Shown here: positions 47,414 to 57,588 of the stretch, piece by piece
Position numbering within the stretch: the first letter of the stretch is position 1
Layout of the letters: the number at the start of each line of letters is the position of its first letter
Source: Candidatus Aenigmatarchaeota archaeon
Lineage (GTDB): Archaea; Aenigmatarchaeota; Aenigmatarchaeia; GW2011-AR5
DNA: 64,000 bases
Reading direction: 5' to 3'
NCBI GenBank assembly: GCA_039091535.1
Contig: JAWCLW010000001.1
Span: 81,073 to 145,072 of the forward strand
Program-made: the position numbers and the translations under genes
Notes under the pieces: generated by a model
Database searches by the model: none
What the model saw: only the letters and a program-made list of their open reading frames with translations
Told to the model about the DNA's origin: nothing

Positions 47414-47499
47414 AGCCCCGTGGTGTAGTGGTCAAAATTTTTGACTAAGCATATCGGGCTTTGGACCCGACGACGACGGTTCGAATCCGTCCGGGGCTA
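47414..47499 (+). tRNA. tRNA-Gln(UUG) with 13-nt hairpin insertion in the D-loop
   Basis: AGCCCCG TG GTGT AGTGGTC[AAAATTTTTGACT]AA GCAT A TCGGG CTTTGGA CCCGA CGAC GACGG TTCGAAT CCGTC CGGGGCT A. All four stems pair and the anticodon is TTG. The D-loop is 22 nt instead of about 9. Confidence 0.85.
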
Positions 47500-47553
47500 T
47501 AATAATAAAAAGATGTTGAATTCGGTCTAAGAATAATGTTAGGAGGTTTTAAA

Positions 47554-48735
47554 ATGAAAAAAATAACACCATCTGAAAGAAGTAAGCATGTAAAATATGC
47601 AATAAGAGATATTGCTGTTGCTGCAAAAAATATAGAAAAAACTAAAAAAGTAATTTATCTAAACATTGGTGACCCTAATAAATACGATTTTGACACGCCA
47701 CCCGAACTAATAGAAGCAGTTTATAAAGCGATGAAAAATAATAAAAATTACTATTCTGATTCTATTGGTGAAAGTGAGGCAATAGAAGCTATAATAAAAC
47801 ATAGTAATAAACTAGGTTTTGACATTACAAGTAGTGATATATTAATGACATTTGGAGTTTCTGAGGCAATAAATCTATGTATAGCTGCCCTACTTAATCG
47901 TGATGATAGTATGCTTATACCAAGACCCTCATACCCTATTTATTCAACCTATCTCGATCTATTCGAGATTGAAAAAAGATTCTACACGCTTGATGAGAAA
48001 AATGAATGGGAACTGAATCCAGAAGAAATAGAAAAGCGGATAAAAGAAAATACAAAAGCATTGGTTATTATAAACCCTAATAATCCAACTGGTGGAATCT
48101 ATGATAAAAAAACATTAAAAGAGATTATCAATATAGCTGGTCAACATAATTTAATTATTTTCTCCGATGAAATTTATGATGAATTAATTTTAGAAGGAGA
48201 AATGCATCATATAGCAAGCTTTTCAAACGAGGTCCCTGTCATCACATTCAATGGCCTAGCAAAAAATTTTCTTGCACCTGGTTGGCGTATTGGTTGGTTA
48301 ACAATCACAGACAGAGAAAAAATCTTAGAGGATTATAAACAAGCATTATTCCAATTAGCAAGAGCAAGGTTATGTATATCAACACCACAACAATTTGCAG
48401 TAAAGGTTGCATTAGAGAGTAATCGCTCACATTTGAAAGAAACAATAGAAAAATTAAGAAAAAGACGTGATTTAACATTCAAAAGAATAAATGAAATAGA
48501 TGGTCTTAATCTAAAAAAACCAAAAGCAGCATTTTACGCATTTCCAAAAATTAATTTTAATATCGACGATAAAAAATTTGTTTTAAAACTTTTAGAAGAA
48601 GAAGGTGTTGCAACTGTTTATGGAAGTGGTTTTGATATGCCTGGTTATTTTAGAATAGTTTATTTACCAACAGAAGAAATTTTAAATGAGGCATTTGATA
48701 AAATAGAGAAATTTGTAAAAAGATATAAAACATAA
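47554..48735 (+). CDS. class I/II pyridoxal-phosphate aminotransferase (aspartate/alanine type)
   Basis: INPNNPTGG and FNGLAKNFLAPGWRIGW (PLP Lys) are present. The ATG at 47554 follows AGGAGG. Confidence 0.85.
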   Translation: MKKITPSERSKHVKYAIRDIAVAAKNIEKTKKVIYLNIGDPNKYDFDTPPELIEAVYKAMKNNKNYYSDSIGESEAIEAIIKHSNKLGFDITSSDILMTFGVSEAINLCIAALLNRDDSMLIPRPSYPIYSTYLDLFEIEKRFYTLDEKNEWELNPEEIEKRIKENTKALVIINPNNPTGGIYDKKTLKEIINIAGQHNLIIFSDEIYDELILEGEMHHIASFSNEVPVITFNGLAKNFLAPGWRIGWLTITDREKILEDYKQALFQLARARLCISTPQQFAVKVALESNRSHLKETIEKLRKRRDLTFKRINEIDGLNLKKPKAAFYAFPKINFNIDDKKFVLKLLEEEGVATVYGSGFDMPGYFRIVYLPTEEILNEAFDKIEKFVKRYKT

Positions 48736-48760
48736 AAAGATTTAGTTTATCGTATTATTC

Positions 48761-50136
48761 ATGTCAGGTATTATTGGTGTTTATTCTCTAAAAAAAGATG
48801 ATATTTCAGAGACCCTAATTTATGGATTACTATACCTGTAGAGTCGTGGCGAAAATGGATGTGGAATATCTATTGTAAAATATGGTATAAGAACAAAACG
48901 TGATTATGTAACAGTTTGTGATTTACTTACAGAAAAAAGTAATAATATGGTAAAAGTCATTTTATTAATTTATTATAAAAGAAGAGATAAGATCATTTGC
49001 TGGAATAGGACATACACTATATGAAAAAAAGTTCTGATCTACAACCAACTGAAAAGGAAGAATGAAAAATATCAGATATCGCTTGCTATGGATATTGCAT
49101 TTCTTGGATATGATAAACCAAACAATATTACGCTTTCTGAAATTTTCTTCAGAGCTTTAAATGATACAAATAAATGATATAGATGCAACAACAAAGTTAA
49201 TTGAGGAACTTGATAATTATGGTTTTTACAATGCTGTTATACTTATTCGTAGCAGAGAAGGGACAAAATTTGTAGCATTCAAAGATCTAGCAAAATAAAT
49301 CAGTCCAAATATACAATGTGCATGTGGCTTCTGAATTAGTTAATATTTTTATGTCCAATTATCATCAAAAATATGAATAGAATCTGGCTGTACATCTTAA
49401 ACAAAATTTGCTCCTGCTTCATCTAACCCCTGTGTTTCAGACGCTACTACATAATAAATATTGTTATTGATATCATATTTCCCAATTGATAACGACTTTC
49501 CTTCTCTTGGCTCAATTCTTTGATACGCGGTAAAAATGTTTTAGAAGTAAGAAAAGAATTAGTAGAAGATTATTTAGACGCTATGGATATATGCCAGATG
49601 TTATCTGCTTTTCACCCGATTCTGGAAGAGATTGTGGATTGAAGTATTCAGAAGAATCTGGAATAAAAATAGAGGATTATATAACAAAAACTTAAATCTC
49701 CAAGAACATTCCAAATAGAAGATAAAATTTTGAGAGGATTAGTAATCAGATCAAAATTTAATATTAACCCCTGGTAAAAAAATAGGTGTGCCAGAAGATA
49801 GTATTGTCCGCGGAACAGTAATCAAAATAGGTAATACCTGATAAACTTAAAAAACGTGGAGCAAAAGAAGTTGGTATACTTGTTTCTTATGCATCTATAC
49901 CATACAAATGTTATAGAGATGACAAAAATGAACATATGATTGCTGAAGGTCTTAGAGATATACCAACTGAAGAATTTGGAAAAATTGTTTCAAAGCGCAT
50001 TGGTGTTGATAAAATATTTTATAATCATATAAATGATGTTATAGAGGCTTGTGATGACAAGAGTGATTTATGCACTGCATGTACAAAAGGTGATTATTTC
50101 TTTATTAGAAAGCATCTTTTAAAATTTTCCATTTAA
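48761..50136 (+). pseudogene. purF: amidophosphoribosyltransferase (purF) pseudogene, many stops/frameshifts, internal inversion
   Basis: The N-terminus is MSGIIGV...LIYGLLYL*SRGENGCGISI (catalytic Cys1 is Ser; stop inside the LQHRG motif). Later fragments are FAGIGHTLY, DVICFSPDSGRDCGLKYSEESGIKIEDYITK, VPEDSIVRGTV, RGAKEVGILVS, and the C-terminal ORF ...IGVDKIFYNHINDVIEAC...CTACTKGDYF. They occur in PurF order but in different frames. Confidence 0.85.
49301..49528 (-). other. inverted internal segment of the purF pseudogene
   Basis: Only the minus strand reads ...REGKSLSIGKYDINNNIYYVVASETQGLDEAGANFV*DVQPDSIHIFDD...AHCIFGL. This corresponds to PurF RPLxIG...YvvASEtxALDxxGAxfvRDVxPGEiixi...CxFEY, the part that belongs between the two plus-strand flanks. 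Confidence 0.75.
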
Positions 50137-50145
50137 TTCTTTATC

Positions 50146-50667
50146 ATGATAATTGTTTTGCGCCTCGGTCATCGTCTTGGAAGAGATGAACGTATTTCAA
50201 CGCATTGTGGTTTGGTAGCAAGGGCACTAGGGGCTGATGCTATCATTTATACAGGCGATTTAGACAAAAATATGATTAATGGATTAAAAGAAACAACAGA
50301 AAGATGGGGTGGTGAATTCAAGATTTTTTATGAAAAAAATTTTAGAAAGGTTATTGAAAATTATAAAAATAAAAATTTTTTCATTGTTCATCTTACAATG
50401 TATGGGATTCCAATACAAAATAAAATAAATGAAATCAGAAAAAAGAAAAAAATCCTTGTAATAATTGGTAGTGAAAAAGTACCAGGTGATATTTACCAAA
50501 TTGCTGACATGAACATTGCAATAACAAACCAACCACATAGTGAAGTAGCTGCATTGTCGATATTTTTGCACGAATATTTTAAAGGAAATGAATTAAACAA
50601 AAAAATTAACAAGGCGAAAATAAAAATTGTACCACAAGAAAAAGGCAAAAAAGTGATTAAATGTTAA
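50146..50667 (+). CDS. trm56: tRNA (cytidine56-2'-O)-methyltransferase aTrm56
   Basis: MIIVLRLGHRLGRDERISTHCGLVARALGADAIIY matches the aTrm56 N-terminal signature (SPOUT fold). Confidence 0.8.
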   Translation: MIIVLRLGHRLGRDERISTHCGLVARALGADAIIYTGDLDKNMINGLKETTERWGGEFKIFYEKNFRKVIENYKNKNFFIVHLTMYGIPIQNKINEIRKKKKILVIIGSEKVPGDIYQIADMNIAITNQPHSEVAALSIFLHEYFKGNELNKKINKAKIKIVPQEKGKKVIKC

Positions 50668-50964
50668 AAATAAAAAAATATTTCAATAGAAAAATTAAAA
50701 CCATCAAATGGAGTAAAAAAACTTATGCACATTAGTATCTTTTATGCTATATATAGAAAGTCAAATAAAAAAATGTAAAAATATATTATGACCAATTTTT
50801 ATATGAGCAAAAATACCTGTTCTGAATACAGATCTATATAAAGTTCTTGATTTAATAACATACAATGGAAAAGTTCCTAAGCATATAAAAAGAAAAAGAC
50901 AAAATATTATATTAAAAAATTAATATATTTGTATGAGAAATACAAATCAAAAACTTAAAATGAA

Positions 50965-51495
50965 TTAAAAATTAGTCTTTATTTTTTTATAATCAAATTT
51001 CTTTAATTTACTTTCTATATCTTTGTATGCTTTCCCACAAAGCATCCCGCCCGCTATAAATTCTTCCTCTGTAACATCAGCTAGACAAAAATCTGGCATT
51101 TGAAACAATTTTTTTTCTTTTTCATTTTCAAATTCAAAATCTACAAGTACTAAACCACGTAAATCACCAAGAAAAACATCTATTTCAGCTATTTTTCCAT
51201 TAATTTTATAAAAGTATCTTCTCTTGTGTAATTTTTTTCCATCAAGTTTTGACAGCACTTGAAACTCTTTTTTTGAAAGTGTAATAGTCTGTTCCTTTTG
51301 TTTTGAGAAATCATTTTCTATTGGAAATTTTTTAGTTATCTCAAATTTGTTTCCATATCTCCTTATTCTAAGCACTGGATGTTTTGCATTCTTTGGGATA
51401 TATATGTCATTTATTTCTATTTTCTTACATTTTTTTAATCCATCAGGAATAAATTTTGCAAGAAATGTTCTTTCATGTTCTATCATTTTTCTCAC
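50965..51495 (-). CDS. CYTH-domain protein (triphosphate tunnel metalloenzyme)
   Basis: N-terminal IEHERTFLAK (ExExK-like, with K replaced by T) and later acidic/basic strands (LVLVDFEFENE). It overlaps the taw1 stop by ATGA. Confidence 0.6.
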   Translation of the reverse strand: MRKMIEHERTFLAKFIPDGLKKCKKIEINDIYIPKNAKHPVLRIRRYGNKFEITKKFPIENDFSKQKEQTITLSKKEFQVLSKLDGKKLHKRRYFYKINGKIAEIDVFLGDLRGLVLVDFEFENEKEKKLFQMPDFCLADVTEEEFIAGGMLCGKAYKDIESKLKKFDYKKIKTNF

Positions 51496-52415
51496 CTGGA
51501 AAGCACAACAACCCTACTATCAGATTTTTCATCCTTTATCTTATACGATGAATTTTTTTCTATTATTTCTGCAAAATTCTTTATTTCACTATGAAGAGGC
51601 ATTTGTGAGTAATTTAGTTTTTTTCTAGAACCACCAACATTCATATAACTTTTTACTTCAACAAAGTTTGGACTTGCATCATCGATTATCTTTGCGTATT
51701 CTTCTGGATTAATAAAATTCAAACCCTTTACAAGTGTCAGTCTAATTACAGATCTATCAAATTCCTTAAAAAGTGACAACGATTTCATAATATTTTTCCA
51801 ATAATTTTTTGCAGGTAGGCATGTTTTTTTATATATTTTTTCGTTTGGTGCAGGGAGTGTTATATACATGTTTGTTGGTTGATGCTCAATTAATTTTTCA
51901 ACCATCTCTGGAATTGTCCCATTTGTCACAACAAATGCTGTCATTTTTCTATCTAATACTTCATCAACAAGCTCTGGAAGTTTTGGATAAAAACATGGTT
52001 CGCCAACAAGTGAAATAGCAACCTGATTAGGATTCATTGCTTCTCTTACTTTTCTTTTGTCTGGTGCACTTCCCCAGAATCCCTGTAATATTTTTCTTTG
52101 TGCCTCTATAGATTCATCTAAAATTTCAGATGGATTGTCAATAGGGCCAAACCACTTTGGCAAAAATGGTGTTGAACGCCAACAAAAAAGACATTTATGA
52201 TTACAAATAAAAACAGCAGGGCTCATTTGTATACAGCGATGACTCTGTATCCCATAAAATTTTTGCTTATAGCAAAAATTCTTGCCTCGAATGGCATGCC
52301 TTGTCCACTCACAAACCTTTACCGCACTGTGTTTATTTTTGCCTACAAAACGATATCCTTTTTTTTCGAGCATTGAAACCCATTTTTGCTTTTGTAAGTT
52401 GTTCATAAAGATCAA
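51492..52415 (-). CDS. taw1: 4-demethylwyosine synthase Taw1 (TYW1 homolog, radical SAM)
   Basis: GYRFVGKNKHSAVKVCEWTRHAIRGKNFCYKQKFYGIQSHRCIQMSP...CNHKCLFCWR matches the Taw1 signature with both Cys clusters. Confidence 0.9.
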   Translation of the reverse strand: MIFMNNLQKQKWVSMLEKKGYRFVGKNKHSAVKVCEWTRHAIRGKNFCYKQKFYGIQSHRCIQMSPAVFICNHKCLFCWRSTPFLPKWFGPIDNPSEILDESIEAQRKILQGFWGSAPDKRKVREAMNPNQVAISLVGEPCFYPKLPELVDEVLDRKMTAFVVTNGTIPEMVEKLIEHQPTNMYITLPAPNEKIYKKTCLPAKNYWKNIMKSLSLFKEFDRSVIRLTLVKGLNFINPEEYAKIIDDASPNFVEVKSYMNVGGSRKKLNYSQMPLHSEIKNFAEIIEKNSSYKIKDEKSDSRVVVLSR

Positions 52416-52439
52416 ATTATATTTTTTAATTCCGAAAGA

Positions 52440-52801
52440 TTTTTTATTTTATCTTTTATGTCTATGTTATTATATTTTTTATATCTATCCAAAAGTATAG
52501 GTTTTATACCAATACATTTTGGTATATTTATAATCCGAATCTAAATTATTAACAACATGAATCAAATCATATGGCTTTATGTTTTGATCTTCTAAGATAT
52601 ATCAATAGATTTTGATAGTCTTTCTAATTTGTTTAAAATCTGATATTGTAGCGTATGTTTTTAAAAAAATATTTTATTAGATTATCTTTTCTTACTTTAA
52701 TATCTAATAATTTTCTATCAGAAACTGAAATTAAAATAAATTTATAAACATTTTTATTATCTAAATGTCCCCTTGATGTCGAATGATATAAATTTTGTCA
52801 T
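52440..52801 (-). pseudogene. remnant of a HAD-family hydrolase gene
   Basis: The minus strand reads MTKFISFDIKGTFR* (degenerate DxDGT motif I). About 250 nt later, in another frame, it reads IKPYDLIHVVNNLDSDYKYTKMYW (motif IV-like, GDSxxsDi). Many stops lie between. The call is by eye only. Confidence 0.3.
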
Positions 52802-52823
52802 AAAAATTCGATTACGAATATTT

Positions 52824-53970
52824 TCATAATCTTCTTAAAAGTAAAATTATGGCTACGAGAAAATATAAAATTCCAGCAAGAATAAATGGAGCATTTATTG
52901 AAACTGTTTCTATAAGCAAACCACCAATAAATGGCCCAAGTATATCACCTATGCCTTGAAGGGTTTTGATGAATCCAAGCTGTTCCCCCCCCCATTTTTG
53001 GAGTAGCATAGTCCATTATGATAGTCTTAAGTGCAATACGCCAGATGTAATACGATAGTGAAACGAGAACTAAAACAATTATGAATTGTATTATGTCTTG
53101 AACAAATGCATAAGCTAATACTGTAATTGCCAGAAATAGAAATCCAAATAGCAATGTCCTACTTCTACCAAAATTATCTATTCTTTTTCCTGTAAAATAA
53201 ACAAATATCATTGATATTATGTAGCTTATTAACAACATCAGAAATAAATCATTTACTTTTATTAATAAATATTTCTCAGTAAGTATGAAAAATGCTGGGA
53301 AATATGCAATGCTAAAACAAATTGAGCCAATGAAACCGCCAAATGCAATTATGTTAAAATTCAAAGAATACATAAGTGGGTTAAATTTTGTTTTTATTGG
53401 TTTTATTTTTGTCTCGAGTTCTTCTTTGTAAAAAATTGAGAATATTAAAAATGAAATAAAAATGCATAATGCTGCAAGATAAAACCCAAATATAAATGGG
53501 ATATATGTAAGAACCAAAAAACCAATAATCGCTGAAACAGCTCTTCCAAGTGGGTATATTGTTCCTAATTTTGCAAGATAGTTTGCTCTCGATTTTTTAG
53601 GAAAAGAATCAGCCTGTATCGAATCATCAACGCTTTCTTTTAAGGTCCATGAAATTTCCTGTACGCCTTTAACAACAGCAAATTCGTATAATTTTGATAT
53701 GATTGGATAAAATAAAATAGATATGGAATTTATTAGTAAACCAAAAGACATTATAACTTTTCTTCCATATATGTCAGAAAGTTTACCAACAGCTATTCGT
53801 AATAAAATTAGAAGAAGCGCGGCAAATGAAAATATTGCACCAATCTCAACTGCTGAAAAGTTTTTTTCTATTAAATAAGATGGGAACAAAACAAAGAGCA
53901 GTCTATCTGCTATCATTGTAAATAAAGTTACGAATGCAAATATCCAGAAAACTTTTTCTGGCTTGTTCAT
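52824..53970 (-). pseudogene. MFS transporter split by a frameshift in a G9 tract (or sequencing error)
   Basis: The ORFs 52945..53970 and 52824..53009 overlap at the homopolymer. Removing one G joins ...IIMDYATPKMGG to EQLGFIKTLQGIGDILGPFIGGLLIE..., giving one MFS protein of about 381 aa. Confidence 0.7.
52985..52993 (-). repeat. G9 (C9 on plus strand) homopolymer at the MFS frameshift
   Basis: Nine consecutive C read directly from the plus strand. Confidence 0.9.
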
Positions 53971-53981
53971 ATATATCAGCT

Positions 53982-54539
53982 CTAATTATGAAAATAACTT
54001 AAAACTTTTTTTCTTATAATATCAGCTATATTTCTATTTTTATATATAACCATAGTTATATTTGTTCTTTTTTTGAAAACTTGTGAAATCATTCTAGGAA
54101 CATTAAATTCTTTTACATTTTTTGCTTCTAAAAATGCTTTATCTAATAATCTTTCTATTTCTTTGTCAAAAAACACATTTATAATAAAATTTTCATAAAC
54201 TGTTATATCAGAATGAATTCTAGAATTCATAATTATTTGATTGAAACCTCTTTGTTTGCTTACGTCCACCCCTTGTCTATCTAAAATGGTATTATTTGTT
54301 ACAATTATATAAAATTTTCTATTTTTATTTGCAAATTTGTATTCTTTTTGTGGATAAATTAAATGCCACCAAAGATGTCTTGCTATTATACAAACTTCCT
54401 TTTTTATTTTTGGATAAAAATAATTATGCAATTTTTTACTGAATTCGTTGGGTTCGATTAAATTTTTGAAATTCAGAAATGTTATATCTCTCACAAAAAT
54501 ATAATCTATTAGCCCTTTTATAGATTCGTTTGTATACAT
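53982..54539 (-). CDS. hypothetical protein (185 aa)
   Basis: Clean ORF. No motif recognised. Confidence 0.45.
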   Translation of the reverse strand: MYTNESIKGLIDYIFVRDITFLNFKNLIEPNEFSKKLHNYFYPKIKKEVCIIARHLWWHLIYPQKEYKFANKNRKFYIIVTNNTILDRQGVDVSKQRGFNQIIMNSRIHSDITVYENFIINVFFDKEIERLLDKAFLEAKNVKEFNVPRMISQVFKKRTNITMVIYKNRNIADIIRKKVLSYFHN

Positions 54540-55056
54540 ATAATTTATTAAATTAATAAAATTAGAAATATTTTTTATCCATTCTAGATTTAATTTATAT
54601 TTTCTTTCTTGTCTTGATAATATACATCTCTTATCATTTCTTTCAAAGCCTTATGCACAACCTAGTAACTGATATCTAAAGTTATATATCTTTCTGAAAA
54701 TATTGTATATCTTCTTCGCACTCAATGGCCATGTCTTGCTTAATATTTTTATAATTATGTATTTGACTGATTTTTGCTACATAAAAAGGGAATTTAAATA
54801 TCATCCACAAAAATTAATTAAATGGTCAAATATTTAAACTTTAAATTTGATTTTTTATAAACATACGTTATATTTGATGATAAAATCATTGTAGTATTAT
54901 GTTTAGGGATAAAGCATTATATTTTGTCCTAATTGTGGTAAGAGCTGGATGAATTGTAATTGCTCGAAGAGAAAATAAATAAAGCTTTCAAAAAGAATAA
55001 AATAAAATGTTTTTATGAGACTGCATCTTAAATTGTTTTCTAAGTTATTTTAATTT

Positions 55057-55869
55057 ATGTCTTTTAAGCAAAAATTGTCAAAATTATCTGGAATAAAGAA
55101 AGAATTATTACCAAGTAGCTGTCAAATTGTTGGCAATATTCTGCTAATAAAATTTATGAAAATAAAATCAAAAAAGCAAAAAGAAAAAATAGCACAAGCT
55201 ATAATGCAAATGTTTCCTTATATAAAAACTATTTGTGAAATAAAACAGATAAGTGGTGAATTAAGGGAACCAAAAATTATAAAACTATTAGGGAATGGTA
55301 CAGAAACAATACATAAAGAACATAAAATACTATACAAAATCGATGTTTCAAAAATCATGTTTTCAAAAGGAAATTTAAATGAGAGAAAGAGACTCGTAGA
55401 AAAAATAAAAAATAATGAAACAATTGTTGACATGTTCGCAGGTATTGGCTATTTCTCTCTTGGAATTGCAAAATTTTCTAAGGCAAAAAAAATATTTGCA
55501 ATTGAAAAAAATCCTATTGCATTCAATTATTTGAAAGAAAATATAAAATTGAATAATATAAAAAATATAGAAACAATACTTGCTGATTGTAGAAAAATAA
55601 GTATCGAAGAAAAACCAGACAGAATAATTATGGGATATTTCCCAAATACAGAAAAATTCTTGCCTTATGCACTAAAGATGTCAAAAGTTGGTACAATCAT
55701 ACATTTCCATAATACTTATAGAAAAAATGAATTGTGGGATAAGCCAATAAAAGAAATAGAAAATGCTTGCAAAGAAATGAATCTCAATTTTAATATCTTA
55801 GAAAAAATTAAAGTAAAATCATTTGCCCCAAATGTGTATCATGTTGTTGTTGATTTTCAAATTATTTGA
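55057..55869 (+). CDS. Trm5/Taw2 (Met-10+ like) family tRNA methyl/aminocarboxypropyl transferase, paralog 1
   Basis: VDMFAGIGYFSLGIAK plus the NPPxxx-like region. The family architecture is the same as the 58280..59104 gene. Confidence 0.8.
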   Translation: MSFKQKLSKLSGIKKELLPSSCQIVGNILLIKFMKIKSKKQKEKIAQAIMQMFPYIKTICEIKQISGELREPKIIKLLGNGTETIHKEHKILYKIDVSKIMFSKGNLNERKRLVEKIKNNETIVDMFAGIGYFSLGIAKFSKAKKIFAIEKNPIAFNYLKENIKLNNIKNIETILADCRKISIEEKPDRIIMGYFPNTEKFLPYALKMSKVGTIIHFHNTYRKNELWDKPIKEIENACKEMNLNFNILEKIKVKSFAPNVYHVVVDFQII

Positions 55870-56366
55870 TTTTTATTTTGAAGTTTCTTTGCTTTCTTAT
55901 CACAGAATAATGTTAATTTTGCATTCCTATCATGTTTTTCTATTTTTTCTTTATTCCAAATATGAATTACTTCAAAACCTCTTTGTTCCAATGCATTTGA
56001 AATAAAAAATCTATGACATCTTCTATAATCAATTTCAGCACATAGTATTGTGGTATTCTTATTTTTTATTATTTTGATAAGCTTATCCACTGCATTCTTG
56101 AATTCATTTGATTTTGAAAAATTTTCATAACCTTCTAATCTAAATCCACCAAGTTCTGGATAGTGAATATATTGTATATTGTTTTCTTTTAGTCTATCTT
56201 TAAGAAAATCTTTGTTGAAATGCGGGAATTTTTTGCTCTCTGGAATTTTTCTAACATCGATAACAATATTTATATTAAAATGTTTCAAAATTTCAATAAA
56301 TTCATCTATGCTTCTTGTGCTATGACCAATAGTATAAATTCTAGAATTTGAATATATTTCCAGCAT
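55857..56366 (-). CDS. DUF488-family protein
   Basis: IYTIGHSTRSIDEFIEILKHFNINIVIDVRKIPESKKFPHFNKDFLKDRLKENNIQYIHYPELGG matches the DUF488 pattern. Confidence 0.75.
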   Translation of the reverse strand: MLEIYSNSRIYTIGHSTRSIDEFIEILKHFNINIVIDVRKIPESKKFPHFNKDFLKDRLKENNIQYIHYPELGGFRLEGYENFSKSNEFKNAVDKLIKIIKNKNTTILCAEIDYRRCHRFFISNALEQRGFEVIHIWNKEKIEKHDRNAKLTLFCDKKAKKLQNKNQII

Positions 56367-57546
56367 AAATTGTGCCTGTTTCTTTTTCTATCTGTATTAA
56401 TCTTTTGTATTTTGCAAGTCTATAAGGTGTAAAAGGTGCTCCTGCTTTTATAAATCCGCACCCAATACCTACAGCAAAATCGGAAATAAATGAATCAGTT
56501 GTTTCACCAGAGCGATGCGAAACGATAACATGCATGCTATTTTTCATAGCAAGTTTTGCTGCCTCTAATGCTTCTGATACAGTTCCAATCTGATTTATTT
56601 TCAAGATTATTGAGTTGCACGCATTTAATTTTATAGCCTTTTTTATCCTTTCTATATTTGTTGTAAGAAGGTCATCTCCAGCAATCATAATTCTATTTTC
56701 AAAATATTTTGTTAGTTCAACAAAGCTTTTCCAATCATTCTCATAAAATGGATCTTCAATATAAATTATGGAATACCTTTCAATTATATCCTTGTAAAAA
56801 TTTTGTAATTCTTTTGCTGTAAGCTTTTGGCCATCAATTTTATATTTTCCATTTTTATAAAATTGTGATGCTGCTGCATCTAATCCAAATTTTATTTTAT
56901 CTTCATATCCAGTTCTTTTTACTGCCTCATTCAACAAATTTAGTGCATGTTCTGTCTTTTCTATTGGCGGGGAAAAACCACCTTCATCACCTATTTTTAT
57001 TTTTTCATAAAATTCTTTTATAATAATTTTCAATTCATTATAGATTTTTATGCAAATCTTAAATGCATCAAAAAAACTTTTTACATTTGTTGGTATTATA
57101 ATGAATTCTTGTATTGATAATTTATTTTTTGCATGTACACCACCGTTTATAACATTCATAAAAGGAATTGGTATTGAGAAATTATTGTTTCCATATAAAT
57201 TCCCAATTTGTTTATATAGATTTTCAGAAGAAGCCTTACAAAATGCTATTGAAATAGCAGTTGTTGAATTTGCACCAATTTTTGATTTATTTTTTCCACC
57301 AAGTCTAATCAAGATTTTATCTAATTCTTCTTGTGTAAGATCTTTTCCAATTATATTTTTTGCTATAATTTTATCTATATTGTTAACAGCCTTTTTTGCA
57401 TCAACGGTCCTTGCTTCATGTTTTCCCTTACTCTTTCCAGAAGGACACTTAGCACTCTTATTATTTATTATTACTTCAATAGTATCCTGATTTCTCGAAT
57501 CTTTTACAATATTTGCCTTTACATATTTTATTAACATATGATTCAT
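56341..57546 (-). CDS. eno: enolase
   Basis: IVKDSRNQDTIEV, SGETTDSFISDFAVG and LAKYKRLIQIE are present. The N-terminus is trimmed from the track ORF to the ATG at 57546 (or 57537). Confidence 0.95.
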   Translation of the reverse strand: MNHMLIKYVKANIVKDSRNQDTIEVIINNKSAKCPSGKSKGKHEARTVDAKKAVNNIDKIIAKNIIGKDLTQEELDKILIRLGGKNKSKIGANSTTAISIAFCKASSENLYKQIGNLYGNNNFSIPIPFMNVINGGVHAKNKLSIQEFIIIPTNVKSFFDAFKICIKIYNELKIIIKEFYEKIKIGDEGGFSPPIEKTEHALNLLNEAVKRTGYEDKIKFGLDAAASQFYKNGKYKIDGQKLTAKELQNFYKDIIERYSIIYIEDPFYENDWKSFVELTKYFENRIMIAGDDLLTTNIERIKKAIKLNACNSIILKINQIGTVSEALEAAKLAMKNSMHVIVSHRSGETTDSFISDFAVGIGCGFIKAGAPFTPYRLAKYKRLIQIEKETGTIYAGNIFKF

Positions 57547-57588
57547 ATTAATTTTAGAATTAAAAAGATTTAATGGATATCTTATTTT

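Noticed and set aside
57050-57534. Plus-strand ORFs inside the enolase gene, and the N-terminal extension of the enolase ORF to 57663
   Set aside because: The ORFs are antisense shadows. The extension (MFCCRIVMSFVIIFCCFF...) is hydrophobic junk that overlaps the start of the divergent methyltransferase gene. Enolase homology begins at MLIKYVKANIVKDSRN.
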